DNA of 64,000 nt from Candidatus Latescibacterota bacterium (GTDB lineage: Bacteria > Latescibacterota > UBA2968 > UBA8231), in NCBI GenBank assembly GCA_965204725.1, contig OZ242005.1, positions 4,800,001 to 4,864,000 of the forward strand. The letters are read 5' to 3'. Positions 29,148 through 39,800 of this stretch are shown here, in pieces (the first letter of the stretch is position 1; every line of letters begins with the position of its first letter). The notes beneath the pieces were generated by a model. That model ran no database searches and was not told the DNA's origin. It was given only the letters and a program-made list of their open reading frames with translations. The position numbers and the translations under genes are program-made.

Positions 29148-30716
29148 TCACATGCCCCAAAGGTCGATCTCCACTCCGCTGACTGACGCCCGCCGGTCGC
29201 GAAACACCTTGTCCTCCCAACGCCGCGCCGCCCGCCGGTCGAAGATCACCAGATGACCCGCCTCAGCCGCACATTGGTCCATGTATCCAGCGGTCTGCTC
29301 CAAGCCCTCGGCAATGGTCTGCTCTAGGCTTTTGTGCAGCACCTTGCACTCAACCACGACCTTGCGCGTTTGCTCGCCCTGCGGCCAGAGGATGAGCAGG
29401 TCGGTGCGCCGCCGCCCCAACCCGTACTCCCGCTCAATGCGACCACCGCTGTTGACGATGCGCTGCAAAAACGCCTGCAACAGCAACTGCGGGCCGGCCT
29501 CTTGGTATTGGAAGCGCGTCACCCAGTGCTCCGAATGCTCGCGGAAGAAGGTCTGGAACGCGGCCATGAGTTTGTCCACGTTTAGGTTGCCGTCCGGCTC
29601 GACGTACCAAGCGGTTTCCTGCGCCAGTTCCTCTTGGGCTACCCACGTCAGTTCGCGGGGGATGACCTCGGCGTAGATGGGGTTGGCGATGCGCAACGGG
29701 CGGTCTTGGGCGACGAGGCCGAGATCGCGCACGTACTCCAAATCGCGGTCCATGAAGCGGCGTTTGTCGCCGCCACTCAACAGCGGCTCGACCACGCGGC
29801 GGACGCGGTCTTCTTGGAGTTTGTCGGTCAACTGGTCGAGGTGGGTCTCGCGGCGCTGGATGAGTTGCTCGCGGGCTTGGCCAATGGCCGTGGCGGTGAT
29901 GGGTTCTCGCCGGTCAGCGGCTCCATCTCGGAAGCAGGTTTGGTCGGCTAAGGCGTTGACCAGCCACGGCTGCCCTTGGGTCTGCGTCCAGATCAGGGCC
30001 AATGCTTCCGCGGTGAACGCCTGCCCGGTTGCTGCGGTGTGCTGGGCGAGCAGGGCCTGCACTTGGTCGGGCGAGAAGTCGCCCAAGCGCAGGGAGCGCG
30101 CCTTGATGTTGAACGCGCTCCCGCCGGCGATGACGGCGTTGGCCGCCTTGGAATGGATGCGGTAGTCGCGCACGTCGCGCACTCCGCACAGGAGCACACT
30201 CTGCGGAAAGCCCTCGGGTCGGCGGTCGTAGCCGGCCCGTAGCTGCCGCAGCACCGCCAGCAGCGTGTCGCCGACGAGCGCGTCGATTTCGTCGATGAGC
30301 AAGACCAGCGGCTTGGAATCGGCCGCAGCCCAGCGGGCCAATGCCTCGCCCAAGGCCCCCGGACCATACTCGGCGAGAATGCCGGACCAGACCTTGGGCA
30401 GGAACTCGTCGCCCATGGCACGCGCTCGGGACGCAAACTCGCCGAGTATGACCTGCATGGCCGGCTCCACTGCTTCGCGCATGGCTTGGCCCCCCTCGAC
30501 ATTGACGTACACGCAACGGCAGGCTCCCTCGGCGTTGAGCAGGTCGCACAGGGCGAGTAGGGTCGAGGTCTTGCCCGTCTGCCGCGGGGCGTGCAGGACG
30601 AAGTACTTCTCGTCGCGGATGAGGGCGAGCACCTCGTTCAGGTCCAAGCGTTCCAGCGGCGGGATGGCGTAGTGGCGGGTGGGCTTGATGGGGCCGGCGG
30701 TGTTGAAGAAGCGCAT
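29148..30716 (-). CDS. AAA-like ATPase (AAA_35-like) with C-terminal PD-(D/E)XK-like domain
   Basis: MRFFNTAGP, HAPRQTGKT, IDEID, GQPWLVNAL, REYGLGRRRTDLLI, VVECK. Confidence 0.88.
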   Translation of the reverse strand: MRFFNTAGPIKPTRHYAIPPLERLDLNEVLALIRDEKYFVLHAPRQTGKTSTLLALCDLLNAEGACRCVYVNVEGGQAMREAVEPAMQVILGEFASRARAMGDEFLPKVWSGILAEYGPGALGEALARWAAADSKPLVLLIDEIDALVGDTLLAVLRQLRAGYDRRPEGFPQSVLLCGVRDVRDYRIHSKAANAVIAGGSAFNIKARSLRLGDFSPDQVQALLAQHTAATGQAFTAEALALIWTQTQGQPWLVNALADQTCFRDGAADRREPITATAIGQAREQLIQRRETHLDQLTDKLQEDRVRRVVEPLLSGGDKRRFMDRDLEYVRDLGLVAQDRPLRIANPIYAEVIPRELTWVAQEELAQETAWYVEPDGNLNVDKLMAAFQTFFREHSEHWVTRFQYQEAGPQLLLQAFLQRIVNSGGRIEREYGLGRRRTDLLILWPQGEQTRKVVVECKVLHKSLEQTIAEGLEQTAGYMDQCAAEAGHLVIFDRRAARRWEDKVFRDRRASVSGVEIDLWGM

Positions 30717-30880
30717 TTCTCCTCGTTCTTCTGCGCGAGTGATTGGTGGCCGAGAGGATAGCCCGGCTCGAAAATCTACAAAAACAGCCCAGACCACTCA
30801 AAGCGGGCTGGGCTGTCGGCGGGAGGGGCCACTGCTTTGCGGGTCACTTGCTGCATCGACCCGGTCGGCTCTGGGGACAG

Positions 30881-31297
30881 CTACTGGATGAACTTCACCT
30901 GATAGTTTTCACCAACCCAATTTTTGCTAGGATCATATATATAGGAGATAGTATCCACTGGTGCCTGGAACAGTAAATTCTTCATTAGCTCCGCCCCAGA
31001 TTACCGAGGAAAAATCAACCCAGTAGTAAACCCCATTGTTATTTTCAATTCCAAAAAAGAGGACGGTTGGTTCACTCCAAGAAGAACTGAGAGGAATCGA
31101 AGCATGAGAGGGATTCCCTTCCGTGTAATTCCTATTCAAAATCGTCCCTTCAATGACCTGCACTTCCAGAGCGGTCCCTTGTGGCCCTTGCGGTCCCTGT
31201 GGCCCTATGGGGCCCTGGGGCCCTTGGGTCCCTCGGGTCCCTCACAAGCGGCCAAGCTCACCAGCAAACTCAGAAAGATGAGTGCCTGTCTTTTCAT
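30881..31297 (-). pseudogene. Collagen-repeat lipoprotein, frameshifted twice
   Basis: MKRQALIFLSLLVSLAAC lipobox, then GPE-GPK-GP. A frame change near 31218 continues GPIGPQGPQGPQGT-ALEVQVIEG. A second shift in a (TA)n run near 30935 continues YDPSKNWVGENYQVKFIQ*. Confidence 0.7.
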
Positions 31298-31721
31298 CAG
31301 CGTTTTACTCCTCGTCGGAAGGTTGGATGGGTCACGGTTGCCGAGCACGACGTAACAAGCGGCACAAACAAGACGCCTCAAAACTATACTGTCAAGGGAA
31401 ATCCAGTGTCACCCCCGCTAGCCAACTATGGCCCCCGAGGAATACATCGCCTTGGTCGATGAATTGGGCGGCACCACGGGCGAGAGCCGCACCATGCTGC
31501 ACGATACCTAGGCCAGCGAGTTGATGGGACACAATGTCTTTCGCCGCGCTTGGTAAAACGCTCACTCCCTCATCAACGCCGGCCACGTTGCTCGATCTGC
31601 ACCCGCCCCAGCGACGATGGCCCCGTCCCTTTGTCCCCGCACGAAACTAGCCCCACAGCCAGCGACACCAACAACGCACAGTTAAACATGCCTTGCCTCT
31701 ATAGGGGCTAGAGCGGTCCTT

Positions 31722-32978
31722 TCAGCCTTCCAATACCGTCCCCTCGTCCTCCAACCGCGCCATCAGCTGAGCGAATTCAGGTGTGCCGTCGTCGTCCCAG
31801 TACTCGGTCTCAACCGGCGCGGCATAGCTGTGGGGTATCCCGCCCCGGGTCCAGTCGGGCCGGATTAGGAAATGGCGCGTCGTTAAGGGATCGTATCTAT
31901 GGTACATCCGCGTCCCATTGGCGAATTGCGATTTGACGATCCACGGCTCGATGGGCGGCAATTCCCGGTTCTCTAGCCGCTCCAACTCGTCGCGGTCCAG
32001 AGTCAGACCCAAGCCCGGCTTTTCCGGCACCCGAATAAACCCATTGATCGGCTCTAGACGCTCGCGCACCACCTCGTCCTTGATAATTTCGCTGCTGTCG
32101 ATAAAGTGAAAGGTCGCAGAGGGAAAGGCTGCCATCATCTGGCAAACCATGCTCCGGGTGATCGTGCCGCCTACATTTTGCAGCATGAACGGTATGTTGC
32201 CAGCAGCAAATAGACCAGCCGCACGGATAGCCTCGCCAATTTTCTGATGACCGCGCATGTACACATCCCCCGCCCCCATTAACACTTCGTACGTAGCATT
32301 TAGCGGCGCTTGATGGCGCACAATAGGCAGGGGGATGCGCCGACGCAAGTCAATCGACGCCAAAGTGTCGCCGGCATTGAGCGAATCTTCAAAGCAGCCG
32401 GCAATGGGATATTGGGCCAACCTAGCCAGCAAATCCGGCATGTGGTCATTGGTGCCGCCGCCGGTAAAGTCGTAGTGGATCTTGAACCCGGGCGGGGCCA
32501 CGATCTGCATGGCCTCGGTCTGGTCGAAGACGTTCTCAAAGGGCGATAGGTGGAATTTGAGCCAAGTGTAGCCTTGGGCGGCGTAGCACTCCACAGCCTC
32601 GGCCATCCGGCTGGGGGCACTCGACACGGTCCAACTGCCCACCGGCACCCACGAGCGGTACTTCTGGCCGAAGAGCTTGTACACCGGCACTCCCGCGGCT
32701 TGGCCCATTAAGTCGTACATGGCCGTACCTAGCCCGATGGAGACTTCGTCGCCCATCCATTCAAAGGGGTTGCTGCCTAGGTACTGGTCAATCACTTCCT
32801 GCGGCTCGGTGCGACCACTCTCGCCTAGGCCCACTAGACCGGTATCGGTGTGGGCCACGTACACTGTGCGCCGAGTCACGCCTTGGTAGTGGCTAACCGG
32901 ATAGGCGATCCAGTCTTGGTACTCTAGGCTGATCTCGCGTACTTCTATCTCCGTGACTTTCACGACATCTCCGATCAT
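31722..32978 (-). CDS. Mandelate racemase/muconate lactonizing enzyme (enolase superfamily)
   Basis: HTDTGLVGLGES, AMYDLMGQAAGVPVYKLFG, KFH, VPEKPGLG. Confidence 0.88.
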   Translation of the reverse strand: MIGDVVKVTEIEVREISLEYQDWIAYPVSHYQGVTRRTVYVAHTDTGLVGLGESGRTEPQEVIDQYLGSNPFEWMGDEVSIGLGTAMYDLMGQAAGVPVYKLFGQKYRSWVPVGSWTVSSAPSRMAEAVECYAAQGYTWLKFHLSPFENVFDQTEAMQIVAPPGFKIHYDFTGGGTNDHMPDLLARLAQYPIAGCFEDSLNAGDTLASIDLRRRIPLPIVRHQAPLNATYEVLMGAGDVYMRGHQKIGEAIRAAGLFAAGNIPFMLQNVGGTITRSMVCQMMAAFPSATFHFIDSSEIIKDEVVRERLEPINGFIRVPEKPGLGLTLDRDELERLENRELPPIEPWIVKSQFANGTRMYHRYDPLTTRHFLIRPDWTRGGIPHSYAAPVETEYWDDDGTPEFAQLMARLEDEGTVLEG

Positions 32979-33047
32979 TTGGTCATCGGCGCCCGTCAGA
33001 TTACCTGCAAGGGCGGCCGCAGAGGAGGCACGTTCAAAAACCGTAGG

Positions 33048-36000
33048 TCAGTTTTTGACCGCAAAGAGGATTTTGTAGAGCACCGGCACGAACAGCAAGG
33101 TGATCACAGTGGCAAAGAGCAAGCCTACCATGATGGCCACCGCCATTGACTCCCACATCAGCCCGCCGCCCAAATAGAGGGGAACAAGCCCCAGCGTCGT
33201 CGTGCAGCTAGTCAGCAAGATGGGACGAAAACGCTGCTGGGCCGCGGCGACAATCGCTTCTATGGGCTTTTTGCCGGATTGGTCCAGTTCGATTTGTATG
33301 CGATCTAAGAGCACAATGGCATTGTTGATAACGATACCGGCCAGCGAGATCAATCCAAGAAAGGCGAAAAAACCAAAAGACGCGCGGAAGATGAGCAGTC
33401 CGGCGACGACCCCGATCAGGCCGAGGGGAATCGTGCTCAGCACAATAAAGGTCTTGCGGAATGAGTTGAACTGAACAACCAACAGCATCAAAATGATAAA
33501 GCCGGACAGAGGCAGCTTGGCGATGACCGCGCCTAGGGCCTCGCCGCTCTGCTCCGACTCGCCGCCTAGCGCGTAGCGATAGCCCTGCTTCCAAGACTTG
33601 CTGTCTTCTTGGAGCCAAGGGACGAGCGCGTTGGTGACATCCTGTGCTGTAAAACCACTTTTGGCATCGCAGGTCACGGTCAAAGTGCGGTACAGACCGC
33701 GCCGTTTGATCTTGGCGAATTGCCACTGGGGCACAATCTGCGCCACTTGTCCTAGGGGCACGTTTTGGCCCGATCCTTGGGCGTAGATGTTGATGCTCTC
33801 CAGTTGGCGCACATCGACGTTCTGACTGCTTTCGTTGCGCAGGACAATGGGGATACTCTGGTCGCCCTCGCGGAAAGCACCCGTATTGAATCCCGCCAGC
33901 CCGATCTGCAACGAAAGGGCAATGTCTTGATTGGTTAGGCCGGCATTCTGGGTCTTGGACTGGTCGATGTCAACAGCGACCTTTTTGATTTTAGGCCCCC
34001 AATCGTCGCCGATGTTCTGCGTACTAGGTAGTTCGTTGAGCTTTTGCTTGACGCGCTCGGCGAGGCCAAACAGTTCGCTGGGGTCCGGCCCGGTTATCCG
34101 CACGGCCACATCTGTGCCACCGCCGCCGCCGCCCGCCAACGTTGAAACCCGGACCTCGGCGTCTGGAAAGGAGCGGAAGCAAAAGGCGTCTAGGCGGTCA
34201 ATTACCCACTGGTTATCGTCGCCCGAACTGGTATTGATCAGCAGATGGGCATACCCCGAATTGGCTTCACCCGGCTGATACCCTTGGTCGTAGGAGGGCG
34301 GCCCTTCGCCGACAAAGGTCGCCCAGTCCGTTACGCCGCGCGGCCGGTGGGTGTTCACCAAGAGGCTATCCGCAATATGCGATTCGAGCCGTTCTACCCG
34401 AGCGGCCGTCGTCTCAATTTTGGTGCCCAAGGGCAAGTTCAGATTGATGGTCAACAGGTTGCGTTCGCTGTCGGGAAAAAAGACGAACGGCAAAAAACCA
34501 AAGCCAAAAAGCGACAAGACAAACAAACCAGCGATGATCGCCGTGAACGAATAGGGACGCTTGAGGGCCTTGAGGAGCAACCCTTTATACTGGCCATTGA
34601 GGCGGTCGATAAAGGTGCTTTGCCCAGCCTGAGATCCCTGCTGTTTCACCCGGATGAAAAACACCGCCAGCAAAGCGACCATGGTCAGGGAGAGCAACCA
34701 AGAAGAGAGCAGGGCTATGGAAATCACACTGAAAAGCGGCCCCACGATCTCGCCCATGGTGGACTTGGCTAAGAAGAAGGACAAGAAGGCGGCCGAAGTG
34801 GTCAGCGAAGAGACCAAGAGCGGTACGGCCAGTTCCCGCGTCGATTCGATGGCCGCCGCTCGGGCGTCGGTGCCCTTTTCCATCTTGACCACAATCGCTT
34901 CGGACACCACGATGGCGTTATCCACCAACATGCCCAATGCCATGATCAGCGCGGCCAGCGACACTTGGTTGAGACCGATATTGAGCAAACCCATGATGAA
35001 GAGGGTCGAGACAATGGTCATGGGAATGAGGCTAGCCACCACTAGGCCGGTGCGCAGCCCCAAAAAAAGCAGCATGGACAACAGCACCACGGCGACGCTT
35101 TGCAAAAGATTGCTGGTGAAGTTGGTGACCGATTTCGCGACCTCAAAATCTTGGGAGGCCACTCGGTTGAAGGTTATCCCCAAAGGCAACCGCGCTTGGT
35201 GGAGGGCTACGAGTTGGTCGATCTCCTTGCCCAACTTGATGATGTTGGCCCCTTTGCTGAGTGCGACCGAGAGCGACAGCCCCGGCTGACCGTTGATTTT
35301 AACTAGGTGTTGTTGAGGGGTTTGGTATGCTCGCACGATGCGGGTTATATCGCCGAGGGCCACGCTTCCGGCCTTGCCGACCTCGATCAACGTCCTCCCC
35401 AGATCTTCCAGATCGGCGTAACTGCCGGTCGGTTCGAGCACGAGGCGTTCATCCTCTAGGCTGACCTCGCCGCCGGAAAAAACGATGTTGGTACTGGCGA
35501 TGCTGTTTTTGATCTTTTGCGCCGAAAGGCCCAGTTCGGCCAGCCGAGCGTCGTTGAATTGCAGGTAGATCCGCTCCTCTTGGATGCCACTTATTTTTAC
35601 TGCGGCCGCGTCGGGTAGCTTGATCAGGTCGTCGCGCAGGTCTCGGGCGTAAGCCTTGAGCTCGGCAAAGGTGAAACCATCTCCTGTTAGGCCGATCACA
35701 ATGCCGTACACCATTCCGATCCCATCGTCCTTGACCTCCGGGCCTTGTATGCCTTCGGGCAAGTTCGAGCGGATGGTCTCGATTTTGCGGCGCAAGCGGT
35801 CCCATACGGCTTGGAGTTTGTCCGGCGGCACTTCCTGTTTGAGCGTTACCGACACTATCGACAGCCCGGTCCGCGACTCACTGGTGACGGTTTTCAGCTC
35901 GGGCAATTCTTGCGCGACTTCTTCGATCTTGCTGGTGATCAGGGCTTCGACTCGCTCGGGGCCTGCGCCGGGAAAGCGCGTTACCACCGAGGCGACGCGA

Positions 36001-36125
36001 ATGGTGTACGGGGGCATGCTGTCGCGCGGCATCGTCTGATAGCCAGCCAAGCCCAGCAGCACGACGACGAGCAAGGCCACGATGGTGACGCGATTGTTTT
36101 CTAAGACGATTTGGGTGAGGTTCAT
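33048..36125 (-). CDS. RND efflux transporter permease
   Basis: FPGAGPERVE, LGMLVDNAIVV, GIVINNAIVL, RFRPILLT; 1025 aa. Confidence 0.95.
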   Translation of the reverse strand: MNLTQIVLENNRVTIVALLVVVLLGLAGYQTMPRDSMPPYTIRVASVVTRFPGAGPERVEALITSKIEEVAQELPELKTVTSESRTGLSIVSVTLKQEVPPDKLQAVWDRLRRKIETIRSNLPEGIQGPEVKDDGIGMVYGIVIGLTGDGFTFAELKAYARDLRDDLIKLPDAAAVKISGIQEERIYLQFNDARLAELGLSAQKIKNSIASTNIVFSGGEVSLEDERLVLEPTGSYADLEDLGRTLIEVGKAGSVALGDITRIVRAYQTPQQHLVKINGQPGLSLSVALSKGANIIKLGKEIDQLVALHQARLPLGITFNRVASQDFEVAKSVTNFTSNLLQSVAVVLLSMLLFLGLRTGLVVASLIPMTIVSTLFIMGLLNIGLNQVSLAALIMALGMLVDNAIVVSEAIVVKMEKGTDARAAAIESTRELAVPLLVSSLTTSAAFLSFFLAKSTMGEIVGPLFSVISIALLSSWLLSLTMVALLAVFFIRVKQQGSQAGQSTFIDRLNGQYKGLLLKALKRPYSFTAIIAGLFVLSLFGFGFLPFVFFPDSERNLLTINLNLPLGTKIETTAARVERLESHIADSLLVNTHRPRGVTDWATFVGEGPPSYDQGYQPGEANSGYAHLLINTSSGDDNQWVIDRLDAFCFRSFPDAEVRVSTLAGGGGGGTDVAVRITGPDPSELFGLAERVKQKLNELPSTQNIGDDWGPKIKKVAVDIDQSKTQNAGLTNQDIALSLQIGLAGFNTGAFREGDQSIPIVLRNESSQNVDVRQLESINIYAQGSGQNVPLGQVAQIVPQWQFAKIKRRGLYRTLTVTCDAKSGFTAQDVTNALVPWLQEDSKSWKQGYRYALGGESEQSGEALGAVIAKLPLSGFIILMLLVVQFNSFRKTFIVLSTIPLGLIGVVAGLLIFRASFGFFAFLGLISLAGIVINNAIVLLDRIQIELDQSGKKPIEAIVAAAQQRFRPILLTSCTTTLGLVPLYLGGGLMWESMAVAIMVGLLFATVITLLFVPVLYKILFAVKN

Positions 36126-36156
36126 AGTATGATTTCTGTTCGGGACCGGGCGCGTT

Positions 36157-37248
36157 TCACTCCTCCAAAAGGCGCACCTTCATCCCGTTCAAGAGCGATC
36201 TGAGGCCCGCCGTTGCGACCAACTCCCGTTCAGCAAGCCCTTCTTCCACGACAAAGCCGTCTGCCAACAGTTTGCCGATGCGGATCGGCCGTCGGCGGAC
36301 AGTGCCCAAGCCCTCGGCGACCTCGTCGATGACAAAGACATATTGGCCTTTGGCGTCTTCCCCGACTGCTTTGACCGGCACCACGAGCGGGTCCGATGGC
36401 CCATCGGTGCCAAAGCGAAATTCCACCTCGCCGGCCATCCCGGGCCGGATGGCGGGAGCGGGAGCGTTGAGCCGCACGATGACCGGGTACGTGCTGGAAG
36501 CGTCGAGTGCGTAGGATATTTCGCGGACCCGAGCCGCAAAATCCAAGCCGGGCAGGGCGGAAAAACGCACACTTACCGGCTCGCCGGTCTGGATTTGGGC
36601 GATATAGCCTTCGGGCACCCCTACCCTCATTTCAATGTCCTCACCCGCGCTCAACTCCACCAAGGGCGCACCGGCTTGGATCACTTCGTTGACCTCGTTG
36701 TGAATCGCGGTGACGATGCCGGCGACCGGGGCGTATATCTCGTTGTACCCGAGTTGGCGCTCTTGCAAATCCAAACTCTTCTGGGCCGATTCGTAACTAG
36801 ACGTGGCCGAGGCAAAGCCGTTTTTAGCCTGTTCGTATTCGGCGAGGGAGACATTGTTGGCTTGGTAGAGCTGCCGTACGCGAATGAGCCTAGACTGGGC
36901 ATTGGCCTTTTGCACGCGGGCGTTTTCTAGCGCGGCCTTGGCTCGTTGATGCGCCAAGACGGCGTCGCGGTTGTCGAGGGTGGCAATGCGCTGACCTGCT
37001 TTGACTTGATCGCCCACCTTGACGCCGATCGATTCGATGAGGCCGCCCGTTCTAAAGCTGAGTTTGGCTTCGATACCCGCTTTGGCGGTTCCGGCAAAAC
37101 GCTGGCTCTGGACAGTGCTGGCAGGATGGACTGCGGCGTATTTTACCGGGCGAATCGGTTCGGCGACCTGCGGTTCGTCGCCACAACCAACCCACAGGCC
37201 CAGCGCCAAAAGATAGCTCCCAACCGCTGCAAAATTCCGCTTTGGCAT
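36157..37248 (-). CDS. RND periplasmic adaptor (MFP) lipoprotein
   Basis: Lipobox WVGC, LSFRTGG, VKVGDQVKAG, IYAPVAG, IRPGMAG. Confidence 0.92.
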   Translation of the reverse strand: MPKRNFAAVGSYLLALGLWVGCGDEPQVAEPIRPVKYAAVHPASTVQSQRFAGTAKAGIEAKLSFRTGGLIESIGVKVGDQVKAGQRIATLDNRDAVLAHQRAKAALENARVQKANAQSRLIRVRQLYQANNVSLAEYEQAKNGFASATSSYESAQKSLDLQERQLGYNEIYAPVAGIVTAIHNEVNEVIQAGAPLVELSAGEDIEMRVGVPEGYIAQIQTGEPVSVRFSALPGLDFAARVREISYALDASSTYPVIVRLNAPAPAIRPGMAGEVEFRFGTDGPSDPLVVPVKAVGEDAKGQYVFVIDEVAEGLGTVRRRPIRIGKLLADGFVVEEGLAERELVATAGLRSLLNGMKVRLLEE

Positions 37249-37259
37249 AATACCTCGCT

Positions 37260-39644
37260 TCACGGTGCATTTTTTCTTTTGGAGAAGAAGGCCGTCAAGC
37301 GCCCGACAAAGGCCTCCTGCTCCTCTGAAGTCATGAACATGGTGTACGCCCCGATGCTGTTTTCCAACTGTAGATAGCTGACCAAGTATTCATAAACGGC
37401 TCTGGCCTCGGCTTGGCGGGCAGAAAGGGCGGCGCGTTGGGCATCCACCAGTTGGGCGATTTCGAGTTGGCCTTTTTGGTAGGCTTCCTGCACTAGCTCA
37501 AAGTTCTTTTGCGCGCTGGTCGCCGCGACCTCGGCAAAGTATAGGTTGGTCCGCCTAGACACCAAGTTTGCCATCCGCACCCGGACGGCCTCGGCGAGCT
37601 GCTGGCGCAAACCCTCTTCTTGGAGGCGGAGTTGCTGCTGCTGGATCGCGGTCTGATCGATGGCGATCTTGCGCTGATTGCCCTGAAAGAGCGGGTACGT
37701 GAATTGAAGGGATAGGTTCCAAGTGGCATCAATGGGAGCGGGGGCGGGCGGCGGCATCCCCTTGCCAGCGCGCCAGAATGTGTAGTCAGCCTGCCCCCGC
37801 AAGGCCACGGTCGGCAGGTAGTACAGCCGGCGGTTCATGGCCTGCTGGCGGTTGGCTACTTTCATGTTGGCCGCTAGCTGTTTGAGCGAAGGCATGTTTT
37901 TAAGCGCCTCTTCAACGAGAAAGTCGGTCAGGATCTCTACGTCGCTGGTGCGGTCGAGCAGGCGGTCGATGCGGGTCGGGTCGAAACGACTAAAGAGATC
38001 GTCGGAAAGCCGGGCATCCTCCACCTCGAACTCCTCGCCGATATCCGCTCGGTGGAGCAAGCGGTTGAGCCGCACTTGGGCTAGGTAGAGGTTGTTGAAG
38101 GCCTCAATCGAGGCTTGGGTGGCCCGGGCCACCTCGCTCTCCCAGCGGAATACATCGGCTACGCCAGCATAGCCAACGGCATTGCGGGTGCGGGCGATCT
38201 TCAAGTTGCTGCGCGAGGCTTCGAGGTTCTCCTCCCCAATCCGCACTCCGGTCTTGGCTAGCAGGATATTGAAGTAGGCTGTCGCTAGATTCAGCACCAA
38301 GTCCAGCGCGACTAGATCGGCTTGATGGCGGGCAGCCTCCGCGAGGTAGCGCTGGATTTGGACGTTGGCCAAGACCGACTCGGAAAACACTATCTGCCGC
38401 ACAGTACCCGTACCCGCGCCGGTGCGCTCGGGCTGCTGGCCCAAGGCGCGCTCGGCGACCGCTGGGTCCCTCTGCAACAGGGTGGCTGAGGTCTCTACGG
38501 TCGGCAAGAGGGACGACTGGGCGCGGCGCACATTTTGGTCGGCCAAATCGACTTTGTGCTTTTCAATGCGGAGGTCGAGGTTGCGCTGCAAGCCCTCTGC
38601 GATGATCGCTCGTAAGCTCAAGCGGCGATCGGTAACGGGTTCGTCGGCTTTGAGTAAGCGGGCAGAAAACAGCGTTGCAAAAGAGAGGTCGAGACCGATC
38701 TGTCGGGTCGTTCTATCATTCAGGACCCATTGCTCGTCGAGGTTGCGTCGCACAGGTATCGCCGCCAGCTCCTCTCCGAGCACAACCCCTTCGACGATTA
38801 GGGCTAGGTTGCGCAAAATTTGGTCTCGGCCGTTCTCGTCGCCGATACAGGCCATCAGCCCCACATCTACATAAGACCGGCTCATGGCAAAGGAAGGCAG
38901 CTTGCGCTCGACAAGAGACTCAGCCAGCAGGGCGACCTCTTCGGGGGAACGCTCAAAGACCATCGCCAGATAGACCGCATCGACCGCGTCGCTCAGCACC
39001 GGGAGGGCCGCTTCCTCATCCCAAAAAACCACCTCTACTTGGCTCCCATACAGCGCGGCGAGGCGGTCGAAGAAGCCCGCAAAATCCAGCGTACCTCTCA
39101 GGTTTTCACTGACGATGACGGCTAGATGCGAAAAGGGGTGGATGCGGTGGAGTGCCGCCAAGTCCTCGGCGATCGGGTGGGTACTGAGAACGTACGTAAA
39201 GTTGCGTACCCCGGAGACGCCGGGCTCGACGAGGGGCATCTGCTGTAACTCCACGTCTAGCACCCCCACGGCGATCGTTGGTTTGGGCAGGTCGCCTTGG
39301 GCGGCCAGCATCGCAGCAGTGGCCGGCCCGGCGGCGAGGATCAGATCGACCTTTGGGTCATTGGCTAGGGACAGATAGTCTTGGTAGTCGGCGGAGAAAC
39401 GCAAATGCTCGGGGAGGAAATGGACCGACTTATGGACCCCTAGCACCTTGTGGATTTCCTCTTGCAAAGGGGCTAGCTCGCGCTCGGCATTAGCCGTCTC
39501 GGCCGCAAAATCGAGCAGTAGCCCGATGTAGAGGTCGCTCTTTTCGATTTGGGCGTACGTCGGCGGTACTAGGCCCATGATCAGAACGACGGATATAGCT
39601 ATAGCAGTCCTAAATGACTTGAAGCATGGAATGTTGATCGGCAC
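37260..39644 (-). CDS. TolC-family outer membrane factor with N-terminal periplasmic-binding-like domain
   Basis: OMF repeats from LSLRAIIAEGLQRNLDL to YLQLENSIG, preceded by about 330 aa extra alpha/beta region. Confidence 0.85.
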   Translation of the reverse strand: MPINIPCFKSFRTAIAISVVLIMGLVPPTYAQIEKSDLYIGLLLDFAAETANAERELAPLQEEIHKVLGVHKSVHFLPEHLRFSADYQDYLSLANDPKVDLILAAGPATAAMLAAQGDLPKPTIAVGVLDVELQQMPLVEPGVSGVRNFTYVLSTHPIAEDLAALHRIHPFSHLAVIVSENLRGTLDFAGFFDRLAALYGSQVEVVFWDEEAALPVLSDAVDAVYLAMVFERSPEEVALLAESLVERKLPSFAMSRSYVDVGLMACIGDENGRDQILRNLALIVEGVVLGEELAAIPVRRNLDEQWVLNDRTTRQIGLDLSFATLFSARLLKADEPVTDRRLSLRAIIAEGLQRNLDLRIEKHKVDLADQNVRRAQSSLLPTVETSATLLQRDPAVAERALGQQPERTGAGTGTVRQIVFSESVLANVQIQRYLAEAARHQADLVALDLVLNLATAYFNILLAKTGVRIGEENLEASRSNLKIARTRNAVGYAGVADVFRWESEVARATQASIEAFNNLYLAQVRLNRLLHRADIGEEFEVEDARLSDDLFSRFDPTRIDRLLDRTSDVEILTDFLVEEALKNMPSLKQLAANMKVANRQQAMNRRLYYLPTVALRGQADYTFWRAGKGMPPPAPAPIDATWNLSLQFTYPLFQGNQRKIAIDQTAIQQQQLRLQEEGLRQQLAEAVRVRMANLVSRRTNLYFAEVAATSAQKNFELVQEAYQKGQLEIAQLVDAQRAALSARQAEARAVYEYLVSYLQLENSIGAYTMFMTSEEQEAFVGRLTAFFSKRKNAP

Positions 39645-39665
39645 GGTCTTTTTTACCTATGAGGC

Positions 39666-39719
39666 GTCATTCCCGTGAAAGAACGTCACCCCGTGCCCCG
39701 ACACGGGGCGGGAATCCAG
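39666..39719. repeat. REP-like nested palindrome, family A, copy 2
   Basis: Reverse complement of 1323-1376 with 2 mismatches. Confidence 0.85.
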
Positions 39720-39800
39720 TCTTGAAGGATGTAGGATTGCTATATTCCCAGCATTGAGTGGTCCACTCCAAATGGTTTCGTTCGATAGCCGTTGCGCGGT

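Noticed and set aside
31428-31590. Possible gene remnant MAPEEYIALVDELGG... with internal stops
   Set aside because: Too short to assign to a family without a database search.
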